Source of the DNA: a virus
Length of the DNA: 64,000 bases
Direction: 5' to 3' (one strand)
Virus record (IMG/VR): IMGVR_UViG_3300030019_000030
Notes under the pieces: model-generated
The model's database searches: none
The model's input: only the letters and a program-made list of their open reading frames with translations
Told to the model about the DNA's origin: nothing
Shown here: in pieces, positions 28,949 through 38,303 of the stretch
Position numbering within the stretch: position 1 is the first letter of the stretch
Layout of the letters: each line of letters begins with the position of its first letter
Position numbers and translations under genes: made by a program

Positions 28949-29926
28949 ATGACAATATTTAAAAATAAAAAAATATTAATCATAGGAGATGTTATGCTCG
29001 ATTCTTATTTTTTTGGTAATGTTGATAGAATTTCACCAGAAGCACCTGTACCAATTGTAGATATAATAAAAAAAGAAAATAAATTAGGCGGAGCTGCAAA
29101 CGTAGCATACAACATAAAAAATCTTGGTGGTACTCCTATATTATGCTCAGTTATCGGTAAAGATAATAATGGAGATGCAATATTATCTTTATTGAAAGAA
29201 AAAGAAATATCAACAAATTATATTATTCAATCTAGCATCAGAATAACTACAAACAAAACCAGAATAATTGGAAATAAATGCCAAATTTTAAGAATAGATG
29301 AAGAAATAACTGAAGATTTAAATAATGAATCAGATAACCTAATTTCATTGGTTATCTCAACAATAGAAAATGAACATGTAGATTGCGTGTTATTTCAAGA
29401 TTATGATAAAGGAGTATTAAATGAAAACATAATAAAAATTATAATCGAAAAAGCAAATTCATTAGGAATTTCTATATTAGTAGATCCTAAGAAAAAAAAT
29501 TTCAACTATTACGAAAATATTAAACTATTCAAACCAAATTTTAAGGAATTCAAAGAAAGTATTAATTTAAATATATCAGATAAAAATGAACTACTTAAAG
29601 AAGGATCCATTATACTTCATAATAAAGGAATAAATATTATATTTATTACACTATCAGAAAATGGTATATTTATTTCTTATAAAAAAGAAGGTAAAATAAT
29701 AAGTAAGATAATACCTACAACACAAAGAAACATAATTGATGTGTCTGGTGCTGGTGATTCTGTTATATCTGTTTTATCAATGTTAATTAATGATATAGAA
29801 ATAGAAGAGATAGCAAAAATTTCAAATTTAGCAGGAGGAATTGCATGTGAAAAAGTTGGAGTAGTTTCAATTGATAAAAATAGATTACTAAATGAATATT
29901 ATAATGATTCAAACAATACAAAATGA
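28949..29926 (+). CDS. rfaE: HldE/RfaE-type heptose-7-phosphate kinase (PfkB family)
   Basis: IGDVMLD, RISPEAPVP, GGAANVA, QDYDKG, VDPK, DVSGAGDSV. Confidence 0.9.
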   Translation: MTIFKNKKILIIGDVMLDSYFFGNVDRISPEAPVPIVDIIKKENKLGGAANVAYNIKNLGGTPILCSVIGKDNNGDAILSLLKEKEISTNYIIQSSIRITTNKTRIIGNKCQILRIDEEITEDLNNESDNLISLVISTIENEHVDCVLFQDYDKGVLNENIIKIIIEKANSLGISILVDPKKKNFNYYENIKLFKPNFKEFKESINLNISDKNELLKEGSIILHNKGINIIFITLSENGIFISYKKEGKIISKIIPTTQRNIIDVSGAGDSVISVLSMLINDIEIEEIAKISNLAGGIACEKVGVVSIDKNRLLNEYYNDSNNTK

Positions 29927-30224
29927 AATATACAAATTATTAGATGATTTAATTATATCTGAAAATAATAGTAATTCAAGGTACATGATAAAATCTTATA
30001 TATCTAATATTCTAAATAAAAATATATCTAATAACAATATAAATTTATATAAAGTTATATGCGATGAAACAAACAACATAGAAATAGACTCCATATATAT
30101 AGACGTTTATATTTTTATACATAATAGTAATTGCTCAACTGTAATTAGTTTTTTTAAAAATGTTAATAAAATAAGCAGATTGAGAAAATTAAGAAAAGAT
30201 AAGCTAAAAAAAATATACAAATGA
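29892..30224 (+). CDS. Miniature tail-sheath C-terminal-domain paralog with RKxK tail
   Basis: Gapless match to this window's sheath C-terminus (R..IK.....I......NN....[FY]..[VI]CDE.NN); ends LRKDKLKKIYK. Confidence 0.65.
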   Translation: MNIIMIQTIQNEIYKLLDDLIISENNSNSRYMIKSYISNILNKNISNNNINLYKVICDETNNIEIDSIYIDVYIFIHNSNCSTVISFFKNVNKISRLRKLRKDKLKKIYK

Positions 30225-30421
30225 CAGCATCAGAACTTGATAATATAGCATATGGTTTATATTTAAAATATATAAATGAAATGTTGATAAATAAAAATAT
30301 TGAGCACATAAAAATAGAAGAATTTATAAATTATAAAAAAATTTTCATATCTTTTTATAAAGATGCAAACATATTTTTAAGAAAAGAAAAAATAAATAAC
30401 ATAAATGAAAAATTATTATGA
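30221..30421 (+). CDS. Small hypothetical protein with RKxK tail
   Basis: Ends LRKEKINNINEKLL. Confidence 0.65.
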   Translation: MTASELDNIAYGLYLKYINEMLINKNIEHIKIEEFINYKKIFISFYKDANIFLRKEKINNINEKLL

Positions 30422-30695
30422 AGATGAAGAATCTGGATATGAAGATGAAGATGAATATGATGCAGAAAATAATCCAATAGAAGAAATTATAGATAAGTTG
30501 AATTTTTGTAGATTAGATTATTATAAACTTTACAAAAAAGATTTTAAAATTGCATCCATACGATTAAGACAGAATTTAGAATTTGTAATACAAACATCTA
30601 AACAACTAAAAAGGGATGCTCTTAAACACAGAAAAGAAATTGAAGAAAGACAAAGATTAGCAATAGAAGAAGCAAAAAATGAAGGAATATTATAA
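30405..30695 (+). CDS. Hypothetical protein, possibly related to Bacteroidota histone H1-like (Hc1) proteins
   Basis: Acidic N-terminus, then KKDFKIASIRLRQNL...KQLKRD helix resembling the GNKAAGTRARK..L..K pattern; weak. Confidence 0.35.
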   Translation: MKNYYEDEESGYEDEDEYDAENNPIEEIIDKLNFCRLDYYKLYKKDFKIASIRLRQNLEFVIQTSKQLKRDALKHRKEIEERQRLAIEEAKNEGIL

Positions 30696-31201
30696 TGACA
30701 AATGAATGGCTTAAGATTAAAGTAATTAGAGATATAAAAAATATCAAAAGAAATCAAAAATTATCTGGTATGTCATTATACACAATAAGAGACAAATATA
30801 GCATAACTTCAAAATTTACTAAAGAATATAGAAATCTAATAGAATTGATAAACAACTCATTAATAAAATGTGATAATACTAATATTTCAGAATCATATTT
30901 AAATAGTATTGATTTTGATTTATTCACAGAAGTATCAAAATTAAATAATGTAACAATAATAGACCAACCATCATTTATATACGGTTCAATGAAAAATAAT
31001 AATATAATTACACATCAAAGTAGTGTCATATCTTACGAAGGTGATCAATTAAATCACATAAAACATTCTAATAATAGTATTTATCTATATCAGATAGAAA
31101 AAAATTATGCAAGATTCAAAGAAATGAGTGATAATAAATTCTTCAAAATTAATATAAAAAATAAATTAAATAATTTAAGAATCAATGATAGTTTAATCTA
31201 A
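30695..31201 (+). CDS. Hypothetical protein
   Basis: Translationally coupled ORF. Confidence 0.65.
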   Translation: MTNEWLKIKVIRDIKNIKRNQKLSGMSLYTIRDKYSITSKFTKEYRNLIELINNSLIKCDNTNISESYLNSIDFDLFTEVSKLNNVTIIDQPSFIYGSMKNNNIITHQSSVISYEGDQLNHIKHSNNSIYLYQIEKNYARFKEMSDNKFFKINIKNKLNNLRINDSLI

Positions 31202-31642
31202 TGTATTGGTATTTGACAATTTTTCATAGTAATCAGGACTAAATATATCTTTACCTTCCAAAATATATTTTAGGTAATTCTTATCAGGTAATATATTTTT
31301 TCTAACCATAGATGAATTAGCAACATAAATTAATGCTCTAACTTTTTCGTCATCACAAAAAACATCAATTTCTTCTCTTGTATAATGCATGGGATGTCCT
31401 TCAAATTTATCTATTCTTTTAATATCAGACTCTTCAATCTCATATAACGCACCTTCGACAATATCATCATCAGATGGAATAACATTAGCAAATCCTAAAT
31501 AACAATTTTTCTTAGATACTTTATTAAAAACTAATTTATAATTTTCTAACGTTGCGAATTTTCTTGATGAAAAATTAATATTTCTTTCATTTTTCATTCT
31601 ATACTCAGATATATTACTACCATATGCAAAATATTTTATCAT
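31193..31642 (-). CDS. Gamma-glutamylcyclotransferase family protein
   Basis: YFAYGSN, VEGALYEI, IDKFEG..Y, ALIYVA. Confidence 0.88.
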   Translation of the reverse strand: MIKYFAYGSNISEYRMKNERNINFSSRKFATLENYKLVFNKVSKKNCYLGFANVIPSDDDIVEGALYEIEESDIKRIDKFEGHPMHYTREEIDVFCDDEKVRALIYVANSSMVRKNILPDKNYLKYILEGKDIFSPDYYEKLSNTNTLD

Positions 31643-31746
31643 TATTACTTAATTATTTTTTTTATATATTAAAAAATATCAGTTCAATGAATATGAATAA
31701 ACAATTCATTTTTTTTATAATACAAAAAATAAAATAATATCATATA

Positions 31747-32181
31747 ATGAGCACAACAATTAACAATATAGATTTTGATATCACAAATCTAAAAATAACA
31801 AACAACTCATTACCAATACAATTTAGTGGTGGGAGACTACAACATTATACCAATATGCAAAGTTCTACAATAGAAATGACAGCAACAACATCATTAAATA
31901 ACTTCGAAAAATTAAAAGATTGGTGCTTCAGTGATCAATATAATTATAAATCAGTTCATAAAGTTAATACTGATTACAACGGTAGAATATTAAATGGAGT
32001 ATTTCCTGTAAAATTTGAAATTAATCAAGATTACAATTTAATAGAAACTGATTTCTCTGTTGACTATGTATATTATGATGATGATTTAATTAAAGCAATA
32101 AGAAAGAAGGAAGAAAGAAAGAAAAGAAAAGATAAGATAAATAAATTAAATCATATTTGTGAATTAAGTAATAAAATTTAA
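31747..32181 (+). CDS. Tail-tube-like small protein with RKxK tail
   Basis: LKDW, ILNGVFP and ETDFSVDY resemble gp19-like tube motifs; ends RKDKINKL. Confidence 0.45.
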   Translation: MSTTINNIDFDITNLKITNNSLPIQFSGGRLQHYTNMQSSTIEMTATTSLNNFEKLKDWCFSDQYNYKSVHKVNTDYNGRILNGVFPVKFEINQDYNLIETDFSVDYVYYDDDLIKAIRKKEERKKRKDKINKLNHICELSNKI

Positions 32182-32188
32182 TATTTAT

Positions 32189-32554
32189 ATGCTAGTTTCA
32201 AACAAAATAAATTTCAAAAAATATATCATAAATATAAAAATATATGATATGTTATTCAAATTATCAGATATTATATTTTATGGTGATTACATAAAAATAT
32301 CAGCAACAACATCTAATGAAAATTATAAATTTATAAGCAATTTATTAGATTATAGCATCAATTCTCACATAAAAAAACAAGATGTGACAATATATAAAGA
32401 CACAAAAATACTTGGTATTTCTATAATAGATTTTGATTTCAACCAATGGAATATGAATGTTGAATTCAATGCTGAACGCATAATAGGTGATATCGAAAAC
32501 AGCTTAATTCAGTTAGAAAGAAAAGAAAAAATTAAAAAAATAAATAATATATGA
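32189..32554 (+). CDS. Paralog of the preceding ORF, with RKxK tail
   Basis: IKISATTSNENY vs IEMTATTSLNNF; ends ERKEKIKKINNI. Confidence 0.55.
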   Translation: MLVSNKINFKKYIINIKIYDMLFKLSDIIFYGDYIKISATTSNENYKFISNLLDYSINSHIKKQDVTIYKDTKILGISIIDFDFNQWNMNVEFNAERIIGDIENSLIQLERKEKIKKINNI

Positions 32555-32907
32555 AAGATGACATATGCAGTGACAATTTCAGTAGATATGGACAAAAATA
32601 TTCTGAATTGATATTAAAATATCTAAATATTAAATATTATCATTCAAGAATCGATTGGTCAATATTGATAATAATTAAAAATGATGATTATTTATTGCGT
32701 AGTATATTAGACAATTTTTTTTATTTTGAAAAAATAACTAATTTAGATGATGATACATTTTTAAACTATTATTCTATAGAAATAGACAATGAAAACACAC
32801 ATGTCTTAAAAATTGTAGATTTTTCAACTAATGTTTTTAAATCATATAAGAAAATTCTAAGAAAAATTAAATTAAAATTTATAGAAGGATGTCAAAAATA
32901 TTCATAA
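32551..32907 (+). CDS. Hypothetical protein with RKxK tail
   Basis: Ends LRKIKLKFIEGCQKYS. Confidence 0.65.
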   Translation: MKDDICSDNFSRYGQKYSELILKYLNIKYYHSRIDWSILIIIKNDDYLLRSILDNFFYFEKITNLDDDTFLNYYSIEIDNENTHVLKIVDFSTNVFKSYKKILRKIKLKFIEGCQKYS

Positions 32908-33869
32908 TAAGTAACACAAATTTTAATATATCTAAAAATATATCAGCAAAAGATTGGCTTAAAAATATGGAGATTTATTATAACAATGAATTTATTCCAT
33001 ATCTAACAGAAAATGTAAAACCAAATGATATTCTAATTCATTTAGGTAACTTTCTATACAAATCAAAGAATATTGATTTGACTGTTCTAAATTTCATACA
33101 AAAATTATTTGAAAGAATATCAGAAATTTTACCTGTTTATATAATAGAAGGAGAAAATGATAAACTATCACTTAACATACTTAAAAATTTCAAAAACATA
33201 GAAGTAATTAATGAGCCTACTCAAATAAAATTATTAGTTGAACAAGTATTCACAATATTACCATATAATACAAAAATTGAAGATATTGATAAATTTGAAT
33301 CAGATATATGTTTCTTCAATTTTGACTATTTAAATTCATCAAAAAAAGACATCATCATAAACAAATTAAGAAAATTTAAAAAGTGTTATAATGGATTTTA
33401 TGATAAAAATGGTGTAGTAAAAAACATAAAAAATTTAGGATCACCATACAATACAGAAAGTGATGAAACCAAAGGATTCATCATACTTGATGTTTATAAT
33501 GATAAAGATAAATTTGTAAAAAATAAAATAAGTCCAAATTTCAAAAAGATTTCAATAAATTCCGAATCAGATTTAAATATTAATAAAGAAATATTTAATA
33601 ATAATTATGTTAGTCTTAATATAAATAAAAAAATATTAATTGACAACAAAATCAAAATAGATATGTTAATTTCAGAAAATGACATAGTGAATATAAGTTA
33701 TTCAGATGATGAAATAATAAAAGATAAGGAAGATATATTGGAATTAAATGAAAGTTCATTATCATTAAATGAAATGGTGATTGACTATATAAACAAATCA
33801 GATTCTATCAATAAAAATAAAATATTAGAAGAATTTAAAACCATAATAGAATTAAATAAAAAAAAGTGA
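32889..33869 (+). CDS. SbcD/Mre11 (gp47)-like metallophosphoesterase fold, catalytically degenerate
   Basis: Motif spacing ISNTN / HLGNF / EGEND / NGFY / LGSPY matches DxH / GD / GNHD / GHxH / GSP but the metal ligands are replaced. Confidence 0.7.
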   Translation: MSKIFIISNTNFNISKNISAKDWLKNMEIYYNNEFIPYLTENVKPNDILIHLGNFLYKSKNIDLTVLNFIQKLFERISEILPVYIIEGENDKLSLNILKNFKNIEVINEPTQIKLLVEQVFTILPYNTKIEDIDKFESDICFFNFDYLNSSKKDIIINKLRKFKKCYNGFYDKNGVVKNIKNLGSPYNTESDETKGFIILDVYNDKDKFVKNKISPNFKKISINSESDLNINKEIFNNNYVSLNINKKILIDNKIKIDMLISENDIVNISYSDDEIIKDKEDILELNESSLSLNEMVIDYINKSDSINKNKILEEFKTIIELNKKK

Positions 33870-33891
33870 TTTCAATTGAAATCACTTTTTT
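33860..33891. terminator. Perfect palindrome / bidirectional terminator
   Basis: AAAAAAGTGATTTCAATTGAAATCACTTTTTT between convergent genes. Confidence 0.8.
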
Positions 33892-33895
33892 ATGG

Positions 33896-34081
33896 TCATA
33901 TTTGTATTCTTGATAAAATTGCTAATAATCCAAAAACTTTAAGAAGCCAAATAACCAAAATGATAATAACTACAATGTTCAAGATATTTTTTATTTTGGC
34001 ATCCATAGGAATATACGAATTCACCAACCATAAAATAATACCAACCACGATCAAAACCAATAATACTGTTAATATAGACAT
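33896..34081 (-). CDS. Small membrane protein (Thivi_2564-like)
   Basis: LLVLIVVGIILWLVNSYIPMDAKIKNILNIVVIIILVIWLL two-helix pattern. Confidence 0.7.
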   Translation of the reverse strand: MSILTVLLVLIVVGIILWLVNSYIPMDAKIKNILNIVVIIILVIWLLKVFGLLAILSRIQI

Positions 34082-34157
34082 AGTTTTTTATTATATATAT
34101 AAAATGTGAAATATGTTAAATAGCCAAATAAAAAATGATTTCAATTGAAATATTTTG

Positions 34158-34541
34158 TTAATATGTGAATATTTTATCTCTTAATTTTTTACATTCTAAA
34201 TACTCTTCAGTGTTCAATTTTTCTACATAATTTTTAAAATCTATATAAATATCTGGAAATTTCACACCTTCATCTGTACTAGGTTGTTTACGATCATAAT
34301 GATATTTTAAGGACCATTCTTCATTAATACTATCAAAATATTTAATAATATCATCTTTACATGTGAAATAATTTATCATAAATTGATATGGATTTTTAAA
34401 TTCTTTTTTTATACCCATTTTAGCCAATTCTATCATATCTTCAAGTTCTTGTTCTGCATTTATATCATCTTTATGAGATAAAATTTCATCTATATTTTTA
34501 AACATATTGACTACTGTATCAAAAATTTCTATATTCATCAT
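34158..34541 (-). CDS. Hypothetical protein
   Basis: ORF downstream of the AAA ATPase. Confidence 0.65.
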   Translation of the reverse strand: MMNIEIFDTVVNMFKNIDEILSHKDDINAEQELEDMIELAKMGIKKEFKNPYQFMINYFTCKDDIIKYFDSINEEWSLKYHYDRKQPSTDEGVKFPDIYIDFKNYVEKLNTEEYLECKKLRDKIFTY

Positions 34542-34555
34542 TTTTAGTTTTTTAT

Positions 34556-35707
34556 TTAAAATCCTATTTTATTAGTATCATTATCTGAATCAATTAATTG
34601 CTTTCCACCATCAACTTCTTCATAAATATCAGCCAATGTAGCGGGTTCATTGTATTTTTTATTCAATCCTATATGTTCAGATAGTTTAGTTGCTTGCTTA
34701 GATGTCAATTTTTTAAACTTACAATCAACCATAAGTCTTCCTTTTCTTAACAATGCCTTATCTATTATCTTTTTATCTACATTAAATGTTGCTATTATTT
34801 GCATATCCATATGATCATTTAATAATCCATCACTAATATTCAAAATATTACTAACAGCTTGATTTCTTTCTTCTTGAGGAGATGTCAATATTGATTCTGC
34901 ATCTTCCAATAATAATATAGCATTTTTAAATTTTGAAATAAATGATATTAATCCAGGACTTGCTATATCCATCATCAAAAATGATGGAACATAAATTATA
35001 GTTTTTTCATTTGCTAATTCAGAAACAAGTTTACGAAGATACATAGTTTTTCCACAGCCTTCTAATCCATGAAATAAAAATAATCCATGTTTATTTTTTT
35101 TTATTTTTTTTAATATTTCTACGTGTTTATCAACAAAAGAGTCACCATAATTTAAATCTATATCAATATCATAATCTTTTATTGAAGCAGGATGTAATTC
35201 ATAGCCCATTGAATTGGATGCTATTATAAAAAAGGTTTTATTTATTGGTTGAACAAATACAATATCTCTAAGTTCATTAGATATAGTATCTACGTATTCT
35301 ATTGCATCTGAATCAAAGTATATCAACAAATCTGATATTTTATTTTTTTGTGATTCTTCTGTGTCATATAATTGAATATCATTTATTTTTTCTTCATCAT
35401 AGAATTGAATAATAAGTTTAAATGGCTTATCAACTTTAATTATATATTTATAACTTTTTTCAACTCTATTCTTAGTATCAGAATGTACATCACAAAAAAA
35501 CGTAATATTTTCAGGTTTCAATTTAAATTTATTATTTATATATTTCCAAAAGTCATCTGAATATATTTGATCGCTTAAAAAAAGTCTATTTACAATTTTT
35601 CCAAATTCAGTGAGAGAATAAACATCCTCTCTTCTATCTAATGCTTGATCTGTTAATAGATAAGGTGGTAATTTATTCGATATTGATTTTTCATTCATAT
35701 CACTCAT
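34556..35707 (-). CDS. AAA+ ATPase (BCS1-like C-terminal module)
   Basis: HGLEGCGKT, LLLEDAE, ILNISDGLL, IATFN, DKALLRKGRL. Confidence 0.85.
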   Translation of the reverse strand: MSDMNEKSISNKLPPYLLTDQALDRREDVYSLTEFGKIVNRLFLSDQIYSDDFWKYINNKFKLKPENITFFCDVHSDTKNRVEKSYKYIIKVDKPFKLIIQFYDEEKINDIQLYDTEESQKNKISDLLIYFDSDAIEYVDTISNELRDIVFVQPINKTFFIIASNSMGYELHPASIKDYDIDIDLNYGDSFVDKHVEILKKIKKNKHGLFLFHGLEGCGKTMYLRKLVSELANEKTIIYVPSFLMMDIASPGLISFISKFKNAILLLEDAESILTSPQEERNQAVSNILNISDGLLNDHMDMQIIATFNVDKKIIDKALLRKGRLMVDCKFKKLTSKQATKLSEHIGLNKKYNEPATLADIYEEVDGGKQLIDSDNDTNKIGF

Positions 35708-35780
35708 TATTATAATACTTTATTTTAAATAATATATGATATAATTTTTTAATAGTTTATTTTTAATATATAGATTAACT

Positions 35781-36059
35781 ATGAGATACATAAAAACATT
35801 TGAAGATAAATCAGATAAAATAGAAGTAGGAGACTATGTTATCATTAAAAATAATACAGCATGTCATCCGAAATTTAATCATTTTTTTATAAATCCTTGT
35901 GAAGTCACATCATTAGATAATTCAGCAATTGATGGACACAACATAAAATTAAAATGTAAAACAGATAATATATGGTGGAAGAAAACAGACATCTATTATC
36001 ATTCAAAAAGAAAAGAAGATGTAGAATCAATTTTAAATACAAGAAAATTCAATTTATGA
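35781..36059 (+). CDS. SH3/KOW-like protein, CTS-like leader + KFNL tail
   Basis: MRYIKTFED; IEVGDYVII; TRKFNL*. Confidence 0.8.
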   Translation: MRYIKTFEDKSDKIEVGDYVIIKNNTACHPKFNHFFINPCEVTSLDNSAIDGHNIKLKCKTDNIWWKKTDIYYHSKRKEDVESILNTRKFNL

Positions 36060-36069
36060 GAAAAATCAT

Positions 36070-36378
36070 ATGAAAAATATTAGATTATATGAAGAATATA
36101 TAATCACAAACTATGAAGTTGGTGATTACATTTTATTTAAAGATGATTATCTAAAGTTCTGGAAGAAAAATAAATCTGGAATATCTAATGATGTTTTCAA
36201 ATTTGCAAAAATAACTGGATTAAACGCAAAAAATGATGATAGATATATTCTTGAAGTAATAGAAGATAATGATATAGTTACATATTATTTAGAAGAAAAA
36301 TATTTTGAAAGAAAATTAACATCAGAAGAAATAGAAGAATTTGAAATAACAAAAAAGTCATTAAAATTTAATATATGA
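36070..36378 (+). CDS. SH3/KOW-like protein, CTS-like leader + KFNI tail
   Basis: MKNIRLYEE; YEVGDYILF; SLKFNI*. Confidence 0.8.
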   Translation: MKNIRLYEEYIITNYEVGDYILFKDDYLKFWKKNKSGISNDVFKFAKITGLNAKNDDRYILEVIEDNDIVTYYLEEKYFERKLTSEEIEEFEITKKSLKFNI

Positions 36379-36977
36379 TAAAAAATTATACACAATACAT
36401 AAAAGAATCATACAATGAAATACACAGCAACTACGTAATGATAGATGATGATGAAACTGATAAGATATATATCGGAAAGGTAAAATTATCAAACAGAAAT
36501 AATTTTGTAGATTTATCATATTTTTATTGGTTTGATAAGTCTAAATTAAAATTAGAAAAAATTAGCGGTACAATTAGATTTAATGATTACACATTAAATA
36601 TTACATATCAATCTGATAGCTTAAAAAACTGTTTAATTAAAATATCTAACCTATATGACGGCATACAAAAATTCAAGACTTATAAAAAATATATCATAGG
36701 AGAAAATGATAAATATATAGGATTATACGAAGTTGAATATTCTGAACCATGGATTAAATATATGAATAAATATCCAAATGTAAAATTACATTTTTCATAT
36801 TATCCTGAATCAGAAAGAAAGAAAATATTTGACCATACAAACTCTAAATATGAGAATTCACCAAAATCAATAATGAGTTTCAACGTAGATATGAATACAA
36901 TAAAAGAATTTGATTCATTTGATGACGCATATTCAGTGTTAGAGATAAAGCAAGACGCAAACAAATTTAATTTGTAA
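36375..36977 (+). CDS. Hypothetical protein, CTS-like leader + KFNL tail
   Basis: MIKNYTQYIKES; ANKFNL*. Confidence 0.8.
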   Translation: MIKNYTQYIKESYNEIHSNYVMIDDDETDKIYIGKVKLSNRNNFVDLSYFYWFDKSKLKLEKISGTIRFNDYTLNITYQSDSLKNCLIKISNLYDGIQKFKTYKKYIIGENDKYIGLYEVEYSEPWIKYMNKYPNVKLHFSYYPESERKKIFDHTNSKYENSPKSIMSFNVDMNTIKEFDSFDDAYSVLEIKQDANKFNL

Positions 36978-37013
36978 ATATATAATTTCGAGTAAAAAAA
37001 AAAATTAAAATAT

Positions 37014-37433
37014 ATGATATATTTAAAAAAATTTGAATCAGAAAATATAATGGAAAACGAACAATGTTTTGTTTTCCTCCAAGGAAATGATGCAAATGAA
37101 GAACATTACTATGATTTGGTTCGTGAAAGTAAAAATGACAATTTAATACTTTATCCAGAAAGATCCATGACATTTGCTGATACTGTTGATTATAAACGTT
37201 ATGTTAAATCAGTAGTTACTGAAAATCCATTTATAATATCTTGTTATCCAAGAGAGAATGTATGGATATTACAAGATGATGATTGGACTCATCCAGATCA
37301 ACAAACATATGGAGCTAGTGTAAATCTTATAACATCTTCAATTTTACAATATAGAAACACTATACCAACTTCTGTGTTAGGCGGTGGTAAATTTAAAGAT
37401 AAAGTTAAAAAGTTAAAAAATTATAATGATTAA
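37014..37433 (+). CDS. CTS-like leader protein resembling the C-terminal part of an ABC/AAA_21-type ATPase
   Basis: MIYLKKFESE; VVTENPFIISCYPRENVWIL...QTYGASVNLI; no Walker A. Confidence 0.5.
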   Translation: MIYLKKFESENIMENEQCFVFLQGNDANEEHYYDLVRESKNDNLILYPERSMTFADTVDYKRYVKSVVTENPFIISCYPRENVWILQDDDWTHPDQQTYGASVNLITSSILQYRNTIPTSVLGGGKFKDKVKKLKNYND

Positions 37434-37451
37434 AAAATTATTACACACATA

Positions 37452-37718
37452 ATGAAATACGTTAAAAAATACGAAAATTTAAAAAAAGTCACTCCAAATT
37501 TCAAAGAAGGAGACTATGTCATTTGCATAGATAGCGAAGACTCAATCTTAACTAAAGACATGATATATTTAGTGAAAAAAATATTAAAAAATGTAAATGG
37601 TTATTATGTTTGTAAAGTAAATAGTAAATTAGGAAAAATTGGTGAAAATTTAGGAACATTTTTATGTGATAGATTTATATCAGAAATTGAATATAATACA
37701 AACAAATTTAATTTATAA
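37452..37718 (+). CDS. SH3/KOW-like protein, CTS-like leader + KFNL tail
   Basis: MKYVKKYEN; FKEGDYVIC; TNKFNL*. Confidence 0.8.
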   Translation: MKYVKKYENLKKVTPNFKEGDYVICIDSEDSILTKDMIYLVKKILKNVNGYYVCKVNSKLGKIGENLGTFLCDRFISEIEYNTNKFNL

Positions 37719-37721
37719 AAA

Positions 37722-38303
37722 ATGATAAAAAAATATTTACAATACATAACTGAATCAATAACAACCGATGTTGATGGATTATTGAACAGTATAAATGACA
37801 CTAAAATAGATTTCTTTAAAATTGGATTATCAAATGATGATTATATAGAAAAAACTATAGATTTTTTATATGATGATAGTGATTTTAATCAACAATTATT
37901 TAAACAGAATCTCAAAAAAGGAGAGATGGAAACTACAATGGAAATTGAGAATTTTTTAAGAAAAGACATTGACATGAAATTTTTCTTTCTATATAGTAGA
38001 GATGAAACAGTTTTAGATAATCCAAATTATATAATTTTACAATATTACAAAGATGATAAATGGTACCCTATTGAAATATATTCAATAAAAGGAAAAGTGG
38101 AAGAATTCTACAAAAAACTAACAGCAAAAACTATAAAATTAACTCTTGATAATATTACATATATTTATCAAACATCTAATTCTGGTAATAATTGGTTATT
38201 AAAAGAACCAGAAAAGAAAACTTCTAAATTCAAAGAAAATATAAATACAGATGATATAAAAACGTTAATAAAGGGCGGAGCTAAATTAAAAATTATAGAC
38301 TAA
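37722..38303 (+). CDS. Hypothetical protein with CTS-like leader
   Basis: MIKKYLQYITES. Confidence 0.75.
   Translation: MIKKYLQYITESITTDVDGLLNSINDTKIDFFKIGLSNDDYIEKTIDFLYDDSDFNQQLFKQNLKKGEMETTMEIENFLRKDIDMKFFFLYSRDETVLDNPNYIILQYYKDDKWYPIEIYSIKGKVEEFYKKLTAKTIKLTLDNITYIYQTSNSGNNWLLKEPEKKTSKFKENINTDDIKTLIKGGAKLKIID

Noticed and set aside
33860-34156. ATTTCAATTGAAAT resembles CRISPR repeat ends
   Set aside because: Only 2-3 scattered palindromic copies, no regular spacers and no cas genes; the positions fit terminators.
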